DNA of 64,000 nt from Bradyrhizobiaceae bacterium (GTDB taxonomy: Bacteria; Pseudomonadota; Alphaproteobacteria; Rhizobiales; Aestuariivirgaceae), in contig CANHIU010000003.1 of the NCBI GenBank assembly GCA_947461195.1, forward strand, positions 1,131 to 65,130, written 5' to 3'. Below the pieces are notes generated by a model. That model made no database searches, had not been told where the DNA came from, and saw only the letters and a list, made by a program, of their open reading frames with translations. How positions within the stretch are numbered: the stretch's first letter is position 1; the number at the start of each line of letters is the position of its first letter. A program made the position numbers and the translations under genes. Shown here piece after piece: positions 28,096-40,371 of this stretch.

Positions 28096-29190
28096 ATGAG
28101 CGAGGACTTCGATATCATCGTCATCGGCGCCGGCATCGCGGGCGCCTCCGTCGCGGCCCATCTCGCGGAGACCCAGCGTGTGGCAATCTGCGAAATGGAG
28201 GAGCGGCCAGGCTACCACACCACGGGCCGGTCCGCCGCTGCTTATGAACCCAATTATGGCCCGCCCCCGATCCTGGCCTTGACCCGCGCCGCCAGGCGTC
28301 ATTTCGAGGCGGGCGGATACCTCACCCCACGTGAGACGCTGTTCTTCATGCCCGATGGCCAAGGGCAGGCCTTCGAAAAACTCATGGCTGTCCAGCAGGG
28401 AATGGTGGAGATCTCTCCCGCTGAGGCGAGGGCCAAGTTCCCCCTGCTGAAGGAGGGCTATGCCCGGCGCGCCGTGCTGGACCCCGGCACGGCCGACATC
28501 GACGTCGATCTCCTGCACCAGTTCTATCTCCGGCTGTTCCGCCAGCGGGGCGGCGAACTCCATTGTGACCGCGCCGTCACCGCGCTGGAGAGGAACGGCC
28601 AGTGGACAGTCCGCACGGGCAACGAGATAATCCGCGCGCAGATCATCGTCGATGCAGCCGGGGCCTGGGGTGACAAGGTCGCGGCGCTGGCGGGCCGGGC
28701 GCCAATCGGGCTGCAGCCCAAGCGGCGGTCCATCGCCGTGGTGCCGGGCCCCGAGGGCGCGGACATCATGCGTTGGCCGATGGTCGGCGATGTGGGTGAG
28801 ACATGGTATTGCAAGCCGCAATCGGGAAAACTCCTTGTCTCGCCCGCCGATGCCACCCCCGTCGATCCGCATGATGCCTATGCTGACGATATGACTCTGG
28901 CCGAAGGCATCGAACGCTTCGAGCAGGCCATCGATTGCCCGGTAACGCGGGTTGATCGCACATGGGGCGGCCTCCGCTCCTTTGCGCCGGACGGCAACCC
29001 CGTCGTTGGCTTTGATTCAAGTGATGACGGCTTCTTCTGGCTCATCGGCCAGGGCGGCTACGGCATCCAGTCTTCACCGGCCCTCTCGCGCCTCGCGGCG
29101 GCACTGGTGCTGGGCGAAGAGCCGCCTGCTGACATCATGGACGAGGGGCTCGTGCTGGCGGAGATTTCCCCCCGGCGGTTCGCAGACTGA
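28096..29190 (+). CDS. FAD-dependent D-amino-acid dehydrogenase, DauA (D-arginine dehydrogenase)-like
   Basis: GAGIAGAS, GYHTTGRSAA, GLQPKRRS, WGGLRSF, GQGGYGIQ match DauA as recalled. Confidence 0.85.
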   Translation: MSEDFDIIVIGAGIAGASVAAHLAETQRVAICEMEERPGYHTTGRSAAAYEPNYGPPPILALTRAARRHFEAGGYLTPRETLFFMPDGQGQAFEKLMAVQQGMVEISPAEARAKFPLLKEGYARRAVLDPGTADIDVDLLHQFYLRLFRQRGGELHCDRAVTALERNGQWTVRTGNEIIRAQIIVDAAGAWGDKVAALAGRAPIGLQPKRRSIAVVPGPEGADIMRWPMVGDVGETWYCKPQSGKLLVSPADATPVDPHDAYADDMTLAEGIERFEQAIDCPVTRVDRTWGGLRSFAPDGNPVVGFDSSDDGFFWLIGQGGYGIQSSPALSRLAAALVLGEEPPADIMDEGLVLAEISPRRFAD

Positions 29191-29209
29191 ACGGCGCTGG
29201 CCTGAGGCC

Positions 29210-29806
29210 TCATGCTTCCAGGACGATCACTTCGATCCCGGTCGGATTGAAGTTGTTGCAGGGGTTCAGAACCTGCGGGCAGTTGGAGATGACGGCAAGA
29301 ACATCCATTTCGGCGCGGATTTCCACCTGATCACCCGGTTTAGAGGAGCCGAGTGCGATCGCCGCGTCACCCGCCGCCCCCACCGGAACGGTCATGAACC
29401 AGTTGACGTTTGGCACAATGTCCCTCCAGCCGAGGCCGTGAGGCTTGAGCGCCGCAAGGAAATTCTCGCGGCATCCCTTGTTTGGTACGCCATACAGCAT
29501 CCGGTTTGATGGTTCGGAGCAACAACCGCCGATCGTGTCATGACCGCCGAAACTGTCGCTGGTAATGGTGAAGAGCGCCTGCGCCCGGTCAGAATAGAGC
29601 ACGTCGCCGGTGGTGAGCAGGATATGGCCTGCCTTTTTGAGGGTGTTGGGCGCGTGGTAGCGCTCCTCGGGATCATGCGCATTGTAGCAAAGGAAATCGA
29701 CGGCCTGCTGGCCATGACTGTCGACAATGCGGAGCGTCTGGCCCTTGTTGATCACGCGGCTCCAGGGCGCGCGTGCGGGGATGCTCTCGCGGTGAATTTC
29801 CTGCAT
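29210..29806 (-). CDS. DUF1989 / urea-carboxylase-associated protein (CgdB-like)
   Basis: GQQAVD, HDTIGGCCS, CRENF, NVNWFMTVPV, SNCPQ..NPCN. Confidence 0.85.
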   Translation of the reverse strand: MQEIHRESIPARAPWSRVINKGQTLRIVDSHGQQAVDFLCYNAHDPEERYHAPNTLKKAGHILLTTGDVLYSDRAQALFTITSDSFGGHDTIGGCCSEPSNRMLYGVPNKGCRENFLAALKPHGLGWRDIVPNVNWFMTVPVGAAGDAAIALGSSKPGDQVEIRAEMDVLAVISNCPQVLNPCNNFNPTGIEVIVLEA

Positions 29807-30609
29807 CAGGCGAGTTGCCTCTCGAACAGTTGGCCCCATTGCGGCATCACGTCGGTGATGCCTGCCAGGCGGAGGGCATGCCAGGCCATGGCATGGTTCG
29901 AGGAGGTGATGGGAACGCCCGTCTCCGCCTCGATGGCGCGCGCTGCCTCGGCCAGTCTCACAGAGGTGCAGGACACGAAGACGGCATCGACCGCCGCATG
30001 GGAGAGGATGGTGTCTACCCCACGCTTCACCGATGCAGGTGTGATCGCCGCCACCACGCCGTCGTCCTGCTCGTTGAATGAACCGAAGATGGGAACATCG
30101 AAGCCACGCGCCCGGATATAGTCCGCCACGATGCGGTTGACATCCGCCCGGTAGGGGGTGAGCACTCCGATGCGCCTGGCCTTGAGCGCCCGGAAGGCGG
30201 CGAAGGCGCCAGTGATGGGTGTCGTGCATTTGGCATCAGGCCTGACCGACCGGATGCGCTCGAAGACTTTCTCCTCGCCGATCGCCATCGAGGCGGAGGT
30301 GCAGCCATAGGCCACGACGTCGAGCGGGCTTCCCGGCAGGATGACGTCGGTTGCAGCCGCGATCCTTGGCTCCATGGCGCGCAGCGTTTCGGGCGTGATC
30401 TGGGCATCGTTCAGGATGCGGCTTTCATAAAGGGCCACACCCGGCAGCCCCGCCATGATTGCGCGCCATTCGTGCTCGATGGTGAAGTCGGTGGCCAGCA
30501 CCAGCAGGCCGAGGCGGGCCCGGCTGGCGATTCCGTCATCGGTTTCAAAGGGCAGGTGCTCGATCAGGACCATGCCGTCATCTGGCCTTCCTGGCGTCAT
30601 GTCATTCAT
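29806..30609 (-). CDS. Asp/Glu racemase / maleate isomerase family (EutA-like)
   Basis: LGLLVLATDFTIE, YGCTS and SCTS catalytic cysteines, VLTPY, TSSNHA; overlaps the DUF1989 start. Confidence 0.85.
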   Translation of the reverse strand: MNDMTPGRPDDGMVLIEHLPFETDDGIASRARLGLLVLATDFTIEHEWRAIMAGLPGVALYESRILNDAQITPETLRAMEPRIAAATDVILPGSPLDVVAYGCTSASMAIGEEKVFERIRSVRPDAKCTTPITGAFAAFRALKARRIGVLTPYRADVNRIVADYIRARGFDVPIFGSFNEQDDGVVAAITPASVKRGVDTILSHAAVDAVFVSCTSVRLAEAARAIEAETGVPITSSNHAMAWHALRLAGITDVMPQWGQLFERQLA

Positions 30610-30675
30610 GTGGGTTCTCCCTGAGCACGCGATTCGTATCAGAGATCGGAGCCTCCTCCTATAGTCAGGATCTGC

Positions 30676-32244
30676 ATGATTCGATTGACTGACCATATTG
30701 CCGGATTCGGTCCCTGGGCGCGCCGCGCCCTCAGCCTGGCCGCAGGTGCGATCGTCGCGCTTGGCCTGCCGCCGCTGGGTGCGTGGCCTCTCGCCTTTCT
30801 TGGATTTCCGCTGTTCCTTGCCCTGCTCGAAACAGAAAAATCCGCCAATTGGCGTGCCGGCTTCACGGCGGGATGGCTGTTCGGGCTCGGTTACTTTGCG
30901 GTGGCTTTCCACTGGATCGGATTTGCCTTTCTGGTCGAGGCGGAGACCTATCTCTGGATGATGCCCTTCATGCTGGGTGCGCTGGCGGGTGGCATGGCCA
31001 TCTACTGGGGCCTTGCCGCCCTCGTGGCGAAACGGCTGGGCGGCACCGGGTTGGGCCTCGTTCTGGCTTTCGCCACGGCGCTGGCCATTGCCGAATGGCT
31101 GCGGGGCCAGCTCTTCACCGGCTTTCCCTGGGCGGCTCCGGGCCTGATGGCGGATGGCATGGGAGGCCTCGCGCAGGCGGCCTCGCTGATCGGCATGACG
31201 GGGCTCACCCTGCTCATCGTGCTGTGGGCCTCGCTTTCCCATGCGCTCTCATCGGGTGTCCGGCGCGACGCCGTCGCCACGCTTTGCATCGCCCTGCTGC
31301 TGCCCCTGCTGTGGGGCTGGGGAGCGATGCGTTTGGCTTCGGCAACAACCGGAATGGTGCCGGATGTTGCCATCCGCATCGTGCAGCCCAACGTTCCGCA
31401 GGAAGCCAAGTGGCGCGATGAGAACGCACGTGCCATTTTCGATGACCTGAAGCGGCTCTCCGCCATGGCCACGCCGGAAAGGCCTGAGGGCATCGGCGGC
31501 GTCACCCATCTGGTCTGGCCCGAATCGGCCGTGCCCTTCCTGATCGACGAGAGCCCGGTCGCGCGCGCCGAGCTTCAGCCCTTGCTAGGTGGGCGAACGG
31601 CCCTGATTACAGGCTCGATCCGCGTCGACCGCAACAGCGGGCCCGAGCCTGACGTCTTCAACAGCATCATCGTTTTTGATGGGATGGCGGAACCCGTCGC
31701 GCGCTATGACAAGTGGCGGCTGGTTCCCGGTGGTGAGTTCCTGCCGCTGGGCTGGCTCCTTGAGCCCCTTGGCTTCCGCAAGGTGGTGCGCACACCTGGG
31801 AACTTCACCGCAGGAGAGGGCCCGGTGAGCATTCTGCTGCCGGGTGGCCTGAAGGCGGCACTGCTCGTGTGTTACGAAATGATCTTTCCGGACCGGCTCA
31901 TCGACCCGGCTGACCGGCCGCAGCTCATCGTCAATGTGACCAATGACGGATGGTTTGGCCGCTCCACCGGGCCGTGGCAGCATCTGGCCCAGTCCCGCCT
32001 CCGCGCCATCGAGCAGGGCCTGCCCGTCATCCGCGCCGCGAACACCGGGATATCCGCCGTCATTGATTCGCATGGCCGCTATCTTCATCGACTGCCGCTG
32101 ATGGAGGAGGGCGTGATCGATTCCCCGCTTCCCGTTGCCATTGCAACCACTGCCTATGGCCGATGGGGTGACGGGCTCCTGCTCTTGCTGCTTTTTGCAA
32201 CATCAGGTAGTTTTGTCTTCCTGAATTTGATGAGACGCCGATGA
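30676..32244 (+). CDS. lnt: Apolipoprotein N-acyltransferase
   Basis: EWLRG..FTGFPW, WPES, KWRLVPGGE, CYE, VTNDGWFG, RAANTGIS. Confidence 0.95.
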   Translation: MIRLTDHIAGFGPWARRALSLAAGAIVALGLPPLGAWPLAFLGFPLFLALLETEKSANWRAGFTAGWLFGLGYFAVAFHWIGFAFLVEAETYLWMMPFMLGALAGGMAIYWGLAALVAKRLGGTGLGLVLAFATALAIAEWLRGQLFTGFPWAAPGLMADGMGGLAQAASLIGMTGLTLLIVLWASLSHALSSGVRRDAVATLCIALLLPLLWGWGAMRLASATTGMVPDVAIRIVQPNVPQEAKWRDENARAIFDDLKRLSAMATPERPEGIGGVTHLVWPESAVPFLIDESPVARAELQPLLGGRTALITGSIRVDRNSGPEPDVFNSIIVFDGMAEPVARYDKWRLVPGGEFLPLGWLLEPLGFRKVVRTPGNFTAGEGPVSILLPGGLKAALLVCYEMIFPDRLIDPADRPQLIVNVTNDGWFGRSTGPWQHLAQSRLRAIEQGLPVIRAANTGISAVIDSHGRYLHRLPLMEEGVIDSPLPVAIATTAYGRWGDGLLLLLLFATSGSFVFLNLMRRR

Positions 32245-32258
32245 TGCGGGGCGCCAAT

Positions 32259-32312
32259 CTGCAAATTTTGCAGGGCGCGGCCTGGTTTCAGGGGAAAAGC
32301 AATTGCGCGCAA
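32259..32312. promoter_or_regulatory. Two palindromes upstream of the XRE regulator (CTGCAAA-T-TTTGCAG; TTGCGCGCAA)
   Basis: Perfect inverted repeats at 32259-32273 and 32303-32312. Confidence 0.35.
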
Positions 32313-32424
32313 GGATTAGGTATATTATGCCGGTCCTACTTCAGATGTTGTGGCCGCAGCAATGACATTCGGCTCCGCTTCAGCATCTGGTGTCAGACCG
32401 GGGGGCATCAGGTCTGAGGAAAAC

Positions 32425-32826
32425 ATGACAAGACGTGATCCGAACTTCGTAGACGTGCATGTGGGTAGTCGCATCCGCATGCGCCGCCAGCTTATTGGCA
32501 TGAGCCAGGAAAAGCTGGGAGAACTGCTGGGCATCACATTCCAGCAGGTGCAGAAGTACGAAAAGGGTGCGAACCGTATCAGCGCCAGCCGCCTCTACTT
32601 TACCGCCAAGATTCTGGGCGTGCCTGTTCAGTTCTTCTTTGAGGAACTGCCCGGCGTCGAGGAGCACGGCGGGCTTGGAGAGGTGCGCGAGGAGGATGCC
32701 GTGCTCTCTGCCCTGATGAACGTCGAAGGCGTGACGCTGGCGAAGGCTTTCCGTGACGCTGACAGCGTCAACAAGCGGAAGCTGATCTCCACGATCGCCC
32801 GCGTCATTGCGGAAACCAAGGAGTAG
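32425..32826 (+). CDS. XRE-family helix-turn-helix transcriptional regulator
   Basis: DVHVGSRIRMRR, SQEKLG, TFQQVQKYEKGANR; conserved position between lnt and metK. Confidence 0.92.
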   Translation: MTRRDPNFVDVHVGSRIRMRRQLIGMSQEKLGELLGITFQQVQKYEKGANRISASRLYFTAKILGVPVQFFFEELPGVEEHGGLGEVREEDAVLSALMNVEGVTLAKAFRDADSVNKRKLISTIARVIAETKE

Positions 32827-32920
32827 GCACAGGACGGTGCCCCTCTGGCAAGTCAGCTTGACCAGTGTTCACAACGCTGCCAAAAAGCGCGGCTGCTGAG
32901 TAAAGGGGGCACCGGTCCAG

Positions 32921-34117
32921 ATGTCGCGCAAGAATTTCGTTTTCACCAGTGAATCGGTTTCCGAGGGCCATCCGGACAAGGTTTGCGACCGGATATCCGA
33001 CGAAATCGTGGATCTGTTCTATCGCGAGGCGCTGGATCAGGGCTTTGACCCCTGGGCGGTGCGCGTGGCCTGCGAGACCCTCGCGACCACGAATTACGTG
33101 GTGATCGCCGGCGAGACCCGGGGGCCCTCCTCGGTCACCAAGGCCAAGATCGATGCCGCCGCCCGGAAGGCCATCAGGGACATCGGCTACGAGCAGTCGG
33201 GCTTCCATTGGGAGACGGCAAAGATCGTCATCCTCCTTCATAGCCAGTCGGCCGATATTGCGGCCGGCGTGGACGCTGCGGGCGAAAAGAAGGAAGAGGG
33301 CGCAGGCGACCAGGGCATCATGTTCGGTTACGCCTGCGACGAGACGCCGGAATTGATGCCGGCCCCGCTGCATTACTCCCATAAAATACTGAAATTGCTG
33401 GCAGAAGCTCGCCATAGCGGCAAGGAAAAGGCGCTGGGGCCTGATGCCAAGAGCCAGGTGAGCGTGATCTACCGGAATGGCAAGCCTGTGGGCGCCAGCC
33501 AGATCGTCGTCTCCCACCAGCACCTGGACGAGAGCCTGTCGTCGCAGGACGTGCTGAAGATTGTGAAGCCCTACGTGAAGAAGGCGCTGCCCAAGGGCTG
33601 GATCACCGAGGACACTGTCTGGCACGTGAATCCGACCGGCAAGTTCTTCATTGGCGGACCCGACGGTGACACGGGTCTGACCGGGCGGAAGATCATCGTC
33701 GATACCTACGGTGGCGCGGCACCCCATGGCGGCGGCGCGTTTTCCGGCAAGGACCCGACAAAGGTCGACCGTTCCGCGGCCTATGCCGCACGCTATCTTG
33801 CCAAGAACGTGGTGGCCGCGGGTCTCGCGAAGCGCTGCACCATCCAGCTTTCCTATGCGATCGGCGTCTCGCAGCCGCTGTCGATCTATGTTGACACGCA
33901 TGGCACGGGCAAGGTGGCGGAAGCCAAACTTGAAAAGGCCTTGTCAAAGGTGATGGACTTGAGCCCGCGTGGCATCCGCATGCATCTCAACCTCAACCGG
34001 CCGATCTACGCGCGCACCGCGGCCTATGGCCATTTCGGCCGCGCCGTGGACAAGGACGGCGGTTTCTCCTGGGAGAGAACCGACCTCGTGAAGAAGATCA
34101 AAGCCGCGGTGAAGTGA
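32921..34117 (+). CDS. metK: S-adenosylmethionine synthetase
   Basis: [26 protein letters not shown]. Confidence 0.98.
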   Translation: MSRKNFVFTSESVSEGHPDKVCDRISDEIVDLFYREALDQGFDPWAVRVACETLATTNYVVIAGETRGPSSVTKAKIDAAARKAIRDIGYEQSGFHWETAKIVILLHSQSADIAAGVDAAGEKKEEGAGDQGIMFGYACDETPELMPAPLHYSHKILKLLAEARHSGKEKALGPDAKSQVSVIYRNGKPVGASQIVVSHQHLDESLSSQDVLKIVKPYVKKALPKGWITEDTVWHVNPTGKFFIGGPDGDTGLTGRKIIVDTYGGAAPHGGGAFSGKDPTKVDRSAAYAARYLAKNVVAAGLAKRCTIQLSYAIGVSQPLSIYVDTHGTGKVAEAKLEKALSKVMDLSPRGIRMHLNLNRPIYARTAAYGHFGRAVDKDGGFSWERTDLVKKIKAAVK

Positions 34118-34767
34118 TCAGCACCGAAACACGCTTCCAGTTCTATGGGCGGCGCAAGGGGAAATCCTTGCGCCGTCATCATTCCGAGCTGATGGAGCAG
34201 TTGCTTCCCCATCTCAAGGTGCGGCTGGACGAACCGGTTTCAGGCATGGCCGAGCGGCGCTGGCTGGAAGTCGGCTTTGGCGGCGGGGAACACCTGGCGC
34301 ATCAGGCAGTGCTTCACCCTGGGGTCTCCTTCATTGGTGCGGAGCCATTCGTCAACGGCGTGGCCAAGTTGCTTGCCCTCCTCGAAGAAAAAGCAATCGC
34401 CAATGTGAGGATTCACGACGCAGACGCCCGGCCCCTGCTGGAGGCGCTGCCCGGCGCGAGCTTGGAACGCATCTATCTGCTCTACCCCGACCCGTGGCCC
34501 AAGACCCGGCACAACAAGCGCCGTTTTGTGGGCCCGGAGACCCTTGCGCATTTTCACCGGGTGCTGAAGCCCGGCGGCCTGTTCCTGTTTGCCAGTGACA
34601 TCGGGGAATACGTCGTGTGGACAAGGCGCCATGTTGAGGAAAGCGGCGGCTTTGCCGAGGAAGGCGATCCCACCCAGCCTTTCGAGGACTGGATCCGGAC
34701 CCGCTACGAGGCCAAGGCCCGGCGGGAGGGCCGGGAGTCCAGCTATCTGCGGTTCCGGCGGTTGTGA
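34114..34767 (+). CDS. trmB: tRNA (guanine-N7)-methyltransferase
   Basis: [25 protein letters not shown]; GTGA overlap. Confidence 0.95.
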   Translation: MISTETRFQFYGRRKGKSLRRHHSELMEQLLPHLKVRLDEPVSGMAERRWLEVGFGGGEHLAHQAVLHPGVSFIGAEPFVNGVAKLLALLEEKAIANVRIHDADARPLLEALPGASLERIYLLYPDPWPKTRHNKRRFVGPETLAHFHRVLKPGGLFLFASDIGEYVVWTRRHVEESGGFAEEGDPTQPFEDWIRTRYEAKARREGRESSYLRFRRL

Positions 34768-34776
34768 CCACCACCC

Positions 34777-34805
34777 CTTGCGGACCGGGTGGGAAAAGAC
34801 TATAT
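34777..34805 (+). promoter_or_regulatory. Sigma70 promoter of the rimP-nusA-infB operon
   Basis: CTTGCG-N17-CTATAT, close to the rhizobial consensus CTTGAC-N17-CTATAT. Confidence 0.7.
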
Positions 34806-34852
34806 GCGGCCTAACTTAGGTTCACTCACATAGCCACGAAAGTGGAGATCGC

Positions 34853-34887
34853 GAGTGGGTCCCGGTCCGGGGCCCGCTCTTTTTGTT
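34853..34887 (+). terminator. Leader attenuator-like hairpin with U-tract upstream of rimP
   Basis: GAGTGGGTCCC..GGGGCCCGCTC followed by TTTTTGTT, between the promoter and the rimP start. Confidence 0.65.
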
Positions 34888-34903
34888 GCCTGAAAGGGCT
34901 TCG

Positions 34904-35512
34904 ATGACGACCGGAACAGAGACCAGACTTGCCCGCGAGACGGGCCCAGCGCAACGGGTGGCGGCATTGGCCGAACCTGTTCTGGCAGACATGGGCTTTC
35001 GGCTTGTGCGCGTGAAGATGAGCGGTCCCACGCTGCAGATCATGGCAGAGCGGCCGGACGGGACCTTCACCATAGACGATTGCGAGGCTGTGAGCCGCGC
35101 CCTCTCGCCGCTGCTTGATGTCGAGGATGTGATTTCAGCGCGCTATCACCTGGAAGTCTCCTCCCCCGGCATCGACCGTCCGCTGGTCCGGCCGTCGGAT
35201 TTCGAGGCCTGGGCGGGCCATGAGACGAAGATCGAGATGGCTGTGCCGGTGGCTGGACGCAAGCGTTTCAAGGGCAATCTCGAAGGCTACGAGGCGGGCG
35301 AAGTGCGCCTGTTCATCGAGAACCCGGAAGGGGCAACGAAGGAACCGGTGCTGATCGGCCTTCCCTTTGCCGATATTGGCGAGGCCAAGCTCGTATTGAC
35401 CGACCAATTGATCGAAGCGGCTCGCAGCCGCTTGGCCCCGAAGGGCTATGGCGACGGCGCCGAGATCGACGAAGACCAGATTTCGCAAGAGAGGAGCGAA
35501 GACAATGGCTGA
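34904..35512 (+). CDS. rimP: Ribosome maturation factor RimP
   Basis: [25 protein letters not shown]. Confidence 0.95.
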   Translation: MTTGTETRLARETGPAQRVAALAEPVLADMGFRLVRVKMSGPTLQIMAERPDGTFTIDDCEAVSRALSPLLDVEDVISARYHLEVSSPGIDRPLVRPSDFEAWAGHETKIEMAVPVAGRKRFKGNLEGYEAGEVRLFIENPEGATKEPVLIGLPFADIGEAKLVLTDQLIEAARSRLAPKGYGDGAEIDEDQISQERSEDNG

Positions 35513-37106
35513 TTATGGCGTAAGCGCAAACCGGCTGGAACTCCTGCAAATCGCGGACGCCGTGGCGCGCGAGAAGTCGATCGACAAGTCCGTCGTGCTG
35601 CATGCGATGGAGGAGGCGATCCAGAAGGCTGCCAAGGCCCGTTATGGCGCCGAAAACGAGATCGTGGCCGAGATCGACCCGCGCTCCGGCGAAACCCGCC
35701 TGCAGCGCCTTCTCCTGGTGGTCGAAACGGTCGAGAATGACGCGACCCAGATCAGCCTTGCAGAGGCCCAGCGCCGAAACCCTGCCGCCAATGTCGGTGA
35801 CCAGATCGCCGAATCCCTGCCGCCCATCGAGTTTGGCCGGATCGCTGCACAGAACGCCAAGCAGGTGATCGTCCAGAAGGTGCGTGATGCCGAACGCGAC
35901 CGCATGTATGCCGAGTTCAAGGACCGGATCGGCGAGATCGTGCATGGTGCGGTGAAGCGGGTGGAATACGGCAACGTGATCGTGGACCTTGGCCGCGGGG
36001 AAGGCATCATCCGCCGCGACGAGTCCTTGCCGCGCGAGACCTTCCGCCCTGGCGACCGCGTGCGCGCCTACGTCTACGACGTCCGCCGCGAACAGCGGGG
36101 CCCGCAGATATTCCTGTCAAGGACGCATCCCGAATTCATGGCCCGCCTCTTCGGCCAGGAGGTTCCGGAAATTTATGACGGCGTCGTCGAGGTTGTTGCA
36201 GTTGCACGCGATCCTGGCAGCCGCGCAAAGATCGCCGTGCGCTCGAAAGACGGCTCCATCGATCCCGTGGGCGCTTGCGTTGGCATGCGCGGCAGCAGGG
36301 TGCAGGCCGTCGTGAACGAGCTCCAGGGCGAGAAGATCGATATCATCCAGTGGACGCCCGACGTGGCTTCCTTCGTCGTGAATGCGTTGGCGCCGGCCGA
36401 AGTCACCAAGGTCGTGCTCGACGAGGAGTCCGAGCGGATCGAAGTCGTGGTGCCGGACGAGCAGCTCTCGCTTGCGATCGGGCGGCGTGGGCAGAATGTG
36501 CGGCTGGCCTCCCAGCTGACCGGCTGGGACATCGACATCATGACGGAAGCCGAGGAATCCGAACGGCGGCAGAAGGAGTTCGCTGCCAGGACCGAACTGT
36601 TTGTCTCCGCACTCGACGTTGATGAGACCCTGGCGCAGCTTCTTGCGTCCGAGGGTTTTGCCAATGTGGAAGAGGTGGCCTACGTCGACCTCCGCGAAAT
36701 CGCTTCGATCGAAGGTCTCGACGAGCAGACGGCGGAAGAATTGCAGAACCGCGCCCGTGAGTTCCTGGATCGCGAAGCCGCAGAACTCGATGCACGCCGC
36801 GTCGAACTGGGCGTGCTGGACGAGTTGAAGGAAATCGAAGGCCTGACGCTCGCGATGATGGTGGCTCTGGGTGAAGCAGGCATCAAGTCGATCGAGGACC
36901 TTGCGGGATGTGCAACGGACGAGCTCATCGGCTGGACCGAGCGCAAGGCCGGCGGCGCCGTCAAGCACAAGGGTGCGTTCTCGGACCTCGAAGTTGGCGC
37001 GGATGAAGCCAATGACTTTATCATGAAGGCCCGCATCAAGGCGGGCTGGATCGAAGCTCCGGTGGAGCCCGAGGCCGAAGCGGAACCAGGCGAGGTGGAC
37101 GCCTGA
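35505..37106 (+). CDS. nusA: Transcription termination factor NusA
   Basis: [14 protein letters not shown]1/KH domains, [20 protein letters not shown]. Confidence 0.97.
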   Translation: MADYGVSANRLELLQIADAVAREKSIDKSVVLHAMEEAIQKAAKARYGAENEIVAEIDPRSGETRLQRLLLVVETVENDATQISLAEAQRRNPAANVGDQIAESLPPIEFGRIAAQNAKQVIVQKVRDAERDRMYAEFKDRIGEIVHGAVKRVEYGNVIVDLGRGEGIIRRDESLPRETFRPGDRVRAYVYDVRREQRGPQIFLSRTHPEFMARLFGQEVPEIYDGVVEVVAVARDPGSRAKIAVRSKDGSIDPVGACVGMRGSRVQAVVNELQGEKIDIIQWTPDVASFVVNALAPAEVTKVVLDEESERIEVVVPDEQLSLAIGRRGQNVRLASQLTGWDIDIMTEAEESERRQKEFAARTELFVSALDVDETLAQLLASEGFANVEEVAYVDLREIASIEGLDEQTAEELQNRAREFLDREAAELDARRVELGVLDELKEIEGLTLAMMVALGEAGIKSIEDLAGCATDELIGWTERKAGGAVKHKGAFSDLEVGADEANDFIMKARIKAGWIEAPVEPEAEAEPGEVDA

Positions 37107-37147
37107 GCCAGCTTCCCAGCGCCCCAGACCCCGAGGCGGATCAGCCC

Positions 37148-37740
37148 TTGGCCGACCGCATGTGCATCGTGACCCGCACGGTCAAGGACGAAGCGGAGTT
37201 GATCCGGTTCGTCAGGAGCCCTGAAGGCCTCGCGGTTCCTGACCTCGCCCGCAAGTTGCCGGGTCGTGGCGTGTGGGTGAGCCTCGACAGGGGGGTCCTG
37301 GCGGACGCCGTCAAGAAGAGATTGTTTTCGCGTGGTTTCTCCGCCGAGACCACAATACCGCCCGATCTGCCTGCCATGATATCCAATCAGCTTCGGCAGC
37401 AGGTCCTTTCCCTTCTGTCGCTCGCCAAAAAGGCGGGCGAGGCCGTTTCGGGCTTCATGAAGGTTGAGGAAATGCTCGGGCGAGGCCGGGCAAAACTACT
37501 GTTTCACGGAACGGATGCCGCGCTCGACGGTTGCCGGAAATTGGACAGGCTGGCCGCGCCGGAGGTCGAAAGGGTCGCTCTTTTCGAACGACGCGAATTG
37601 GATTTGGCTTTTGGACGGCCAAATGTGGTACATGCTGCCGTGGCCAAGGGAGGGCTTGCCGAAAAGCTCTCCGCTGCCGTGCGCCGGATCGAGATGTTTG
37701 AGGGCCTTGAGCAGGCCCGCCGAGGACCTGAAGAGAGAAG

Positions 37741-37744
<4 letters not shown>
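37148..37744 (+). CDS. YlxR (DUF448)/L7Ae-like RNA-binding protein
   Basis: [20 protein letters not shown]; TTG start; position between nusA and infB. Confidence 0.88.
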
Positions 37745-40362
<2,618 letters not shown>

Positions 40363-40371
40363 CCGGACAAG

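Noticed and set aside
25733-30675. Guanidine-I/II/III riboswitch expected near the ureohydrolase and DUF1989 genes
   Set aside because: No paired ACGR-loop hairpins or ykkC consensus seen in the spacers (by eye; an Infernal scan would be decisive)
32869-32876. TCACAACG upstream of metK resembles the 5' end of the SAM/SAH riboswitch
   Set aside because: The following GCUUCCUGGCGUGA-like core is absent; treated only as part of the generic structured-leader finding
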